Positions 61,258 to 64,000 of a DNA stretch of 64,000 bases are shown piece by piece (the stretch's first letter is position 1; each line of letters opens with the position of its first letter). Made by a program: the position numbers and the translations under genes. The stretch is from Macrostomum lignano. Lineage: Eukaryota. The stretch covers positions 1-64,000 of the forward strand of contig NIVC01002996.1 of NCBI GenBank assembly GCA_002269645.1. Reading direction: 5' to 3'. A model generated the notes under the pieces. The model was not told the DNA's origin. It ran no database searches and saw nothing but the letters and a program-made list of their open reading frames with translations.

Positions 61258-62227
61258 CTACTGACTGCTGAAGAAGTCAGCGTCAAATCCGCTGCTGACG
61301 ACCAGCTCCGACTCCTTCTGCATGTCCTCCTTGATCTTCTGGATTGCAGCGCTGTCCGCGGTCTGCTGTTGCTGCTGCTCTGGCATCTGCGGAGGCGGCG
61401 GAGGCAGCGGCGGCGGCGGCGGCATTGACGGGCCCGCCATCATGCGAGGGTCCTGCTGCTGCTGCTGCTGCGGCCAGGGCGGAGCCATCATCTGACCGCT
61501 GAAGCCGCCGCCGGAGCCGGGCCCGGTTGATCTCGGCGGCGGCGGCCGATACAGCCCCGGGCCGCCGGGCTGCTGCGGTGGCGGCGGCAGCCGCTGCTGC
61601 CCTCCGTTCGGCCCGACTGCCGGGCCTCTGACGCCGCTCGGCGACGACTGGGGTGGCATTGGCGGCGGCGGCGGAGGCGGCGGGAAGAAATCACCCGGCG
61701 GCGGCGGCGGTGGGTGCATCGATGGTGGCGGCGGAGGACCGCCGCAGGTGTTGGAAAAGTTCTGCAGAGCGAGTCGATGCGCGCGAATTGAAATACAGGT
61801 ATGTTTAAACACTGAGAGTCTGGGAAAGCACACCACCGGCACTCACATAGTCGTGGAACGCTGTGGCCTCCCCCGAGTGCTCGCAGTTGTCTCGCCTCTC
61901 TGGCGCGGCGCAGTACAGATCCCAGAATACGCTGCGAGTTGATAAAAAATTAATTACTATTGAGAAGTACCTACTCACTACTTGGAGCCAGAGAGTAGTA
62001 CGATACGGATTTGTGGTAAAAATTTCTGTGTAATAATGCTAATTAACGAGATAAAATAATGAAGCAAAGCAATGCAGAGAAAAGCAGCTCACCACCACCA
62101 GGAGCAGAGAAAGCCAGGCGGATCGCCCAGGGTGATGCTCTTGTCCCAGTGAATCTCTGACAGAAAAGTCTGTGCAGACTTCTGCGCCCCGATGTGCACC
62201 AGGTATTCATAGACATAAAGAGCAAGC
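61258..62227 (-). CDS. SSBP3: SSBP2/3/4 (Ssdp) LisH/LUFS-domain protein, partial (first exon not found in window)
   Basis: Exons 62227-62093 ([43 protein letters not shown]), 61931-61847 ([25 protein letters not shown]), 61761-61258 (Pro-rich, stop). Phases are consistent. The symbol denotes the family. Confidence 0.92.
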
Positions 62228-63477
62228 CTGCAATGTGCAATCATGAGTAGGATAAAATCCAAGTCAATACAATCCAAGATATAAAATTTTCTAAGAAAGC
62301 ATTTCATCTGGTTTTATTTGTAAATTTAATCCAATTCAACTTTTTTGGTCAAAATGGAAAATTTTTTTATGGTATTTAAAAATACTTATTGATGCTGAGC
62401 AATACCTTCTGTAAGCCAAGTTGAAATAAATTTCATTTAATAAACAAAACAAAAATTAAAGCAAAATATGATTATCATGTTTGAGCTTACATCTATGCTA
62501 AAGTCAAATGAGCCTAGTTTTTTAAGTCAATCTCAAGTCAAGAAATAATAACAAAATTTTAGTAGTCAAATTATGCTCAAATAGTTGTGCTTGGCTATTA
62601 TTAGACTATATAATTATAATACATTATATATATACTTCAATAAAAGTTATAAACAAAGTATTACTTGATTTATGTGGAAGCAGTACTATGTTTCTAGGAA
62701 TGACTAGTTTAAAATAAGTGCAAAATATATATTTATTATAATGTACAAAATATTCTCAATTTGTAAAATTTGTTAAAATACACACAATTTGTCTAGTATA
62801 AATAAGAGTAGAATTTAGGAAGAAAGAACTAACCTTGAGCTAAGTTGCTCAAGCTTGCTAAAGCAAGTTAAATAAATTACTAAGCTTGTTAACTCATGTT
62901 TCAGTTCAATAAATTCATTCTCAGACTTAAGTGTTATTCATTTATAGTAAAAGAGATTCCAAGGAGAAACAAGTTTAAAGAAATCTGCTAAAGAGGATTG
63001 GAAAACTTATGCAAAGACATACTAAGAGTACACTGTGACCCTCTCATCTTAGTAATGCCCAGACTAGAGAATTGTACATATACCATAAGACTGCTTAGGC
63101 TTATCAGAATTATACCAAGATGCTATCACAGCGCACTCTCAAATCTATTACACAGTACATTGGAAAAGTGACCCCCTTCACTAATATTTTAAGTTTATAC
63201 TAGAAAAACAAAAGTTACTTGTAGTATATATGCTAGACATTATCAAAAAAGTTGCAACAATAAAGGACCTTTCTTTCTTGCATTACAACATTTTGGTCTT
63301 TTGTATGCCAACAACTATGCCACTATATATAGGCTCTGTGGTGCAATTTTCTAGTAGAATGTTCCCTATACCAGATATTTTATACTAACCCTTTTTCTAT
63401 ATCTATTCTACAACAGAATTTTCTAGCATATATATATAAGACTTAGGAGTGGGAGTGGGATGCTTTCAGAATTAACC

Positions 63478-64000
63478 CATAGTTTGGAAGGCAATATGCA
63501 TGCTAGGAGGGTATTTGCCATTTTTCAACATATTATCAACATATATCCTCAGCATACATGACACATTAGAAAATTTTTGGCTTACATCTGTGGTATATTT
63601 GCATACATATTAGAATCAAATAAATTCACTTTATGTAAAATATGCTGCATGCAATACTATGATCTATCAACATGAAACAAGGAATAATATTTCCTTGTTT
63701 AAAAACTTTTTCTCAATTTTATGCAAATTAAAATTATTTAAATTACTTTTTTTATAATTGTCTTTTCTCAATGCACATTACAAAAGTGCATAATTTTTAA
63801 GTTTGTCACTCTTCATGAATAATGAATTTTCCCCCACTAGACCTGGTATACACTAATATATGATCCAAACTATAGACTAACACATTACTGAATTATACTA
63901 AGATGCTTGTTAAAACTATACCGAGATGCTTCTAGAACTATATGCTATTAGAAATATGCTGGGACTTATGCAAAGATCATAATAGCATAAGCCAGAACAA
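63478..64000. mobile_element. Left end of a DNA transposon of the same family as 5271-6806
   Basis: catagtttggaaggcaa is the exact reverse complement of 6790-6806, followed by TATGC-rich sequence. Confidence 0.5.

Overview
This is animal genomic DNA with GC-rich exons, AT-rich intergenic DNA and very dense minisatellites. The style suggests the flatworm Macrostomum, but that is inference. Genes, with exon structures read by hand from GT/AG junctions: a Y-box cold-shock protein (+, 4897-9829), an ankyrin-repeat protein (+, 12799-16650), UBA52 (-, 19461-19847), RFC1 (+, 10 exons, 32893-43621), a very Arg-rich protamine-like gene (+, ~45671-47206), a TMED3/7-like p24 gene (+, 48461-49123), a C2H2 zinc-finger gene (+, 57447-58433) and a partial SSBP/Ssdp gene (-, 61258-62227). 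Mobile DNA: a decayed RTE-type LINE, several MITE/foldback elements with TSDs, a hAT-like element nested in a tRNA-SINE, and a young full-length Ty3/Gypsy element (21485-30871, 452-bp LTRs, CAAT TSD). The top finding is a cold-shock domain in that Gypsy polyprotein, between the Gag CCHC knuckle and the protease. The element also appears to have landed in the first 5'-UTR exon of UBA52. Many larger introns are filled by a different minisatellite, and many arrays share a GAATC(G)CCC/GGGATTC core. Most long ORFs in the six-frame track are repeat artefacts. All coordinates and alignments were done by eye.
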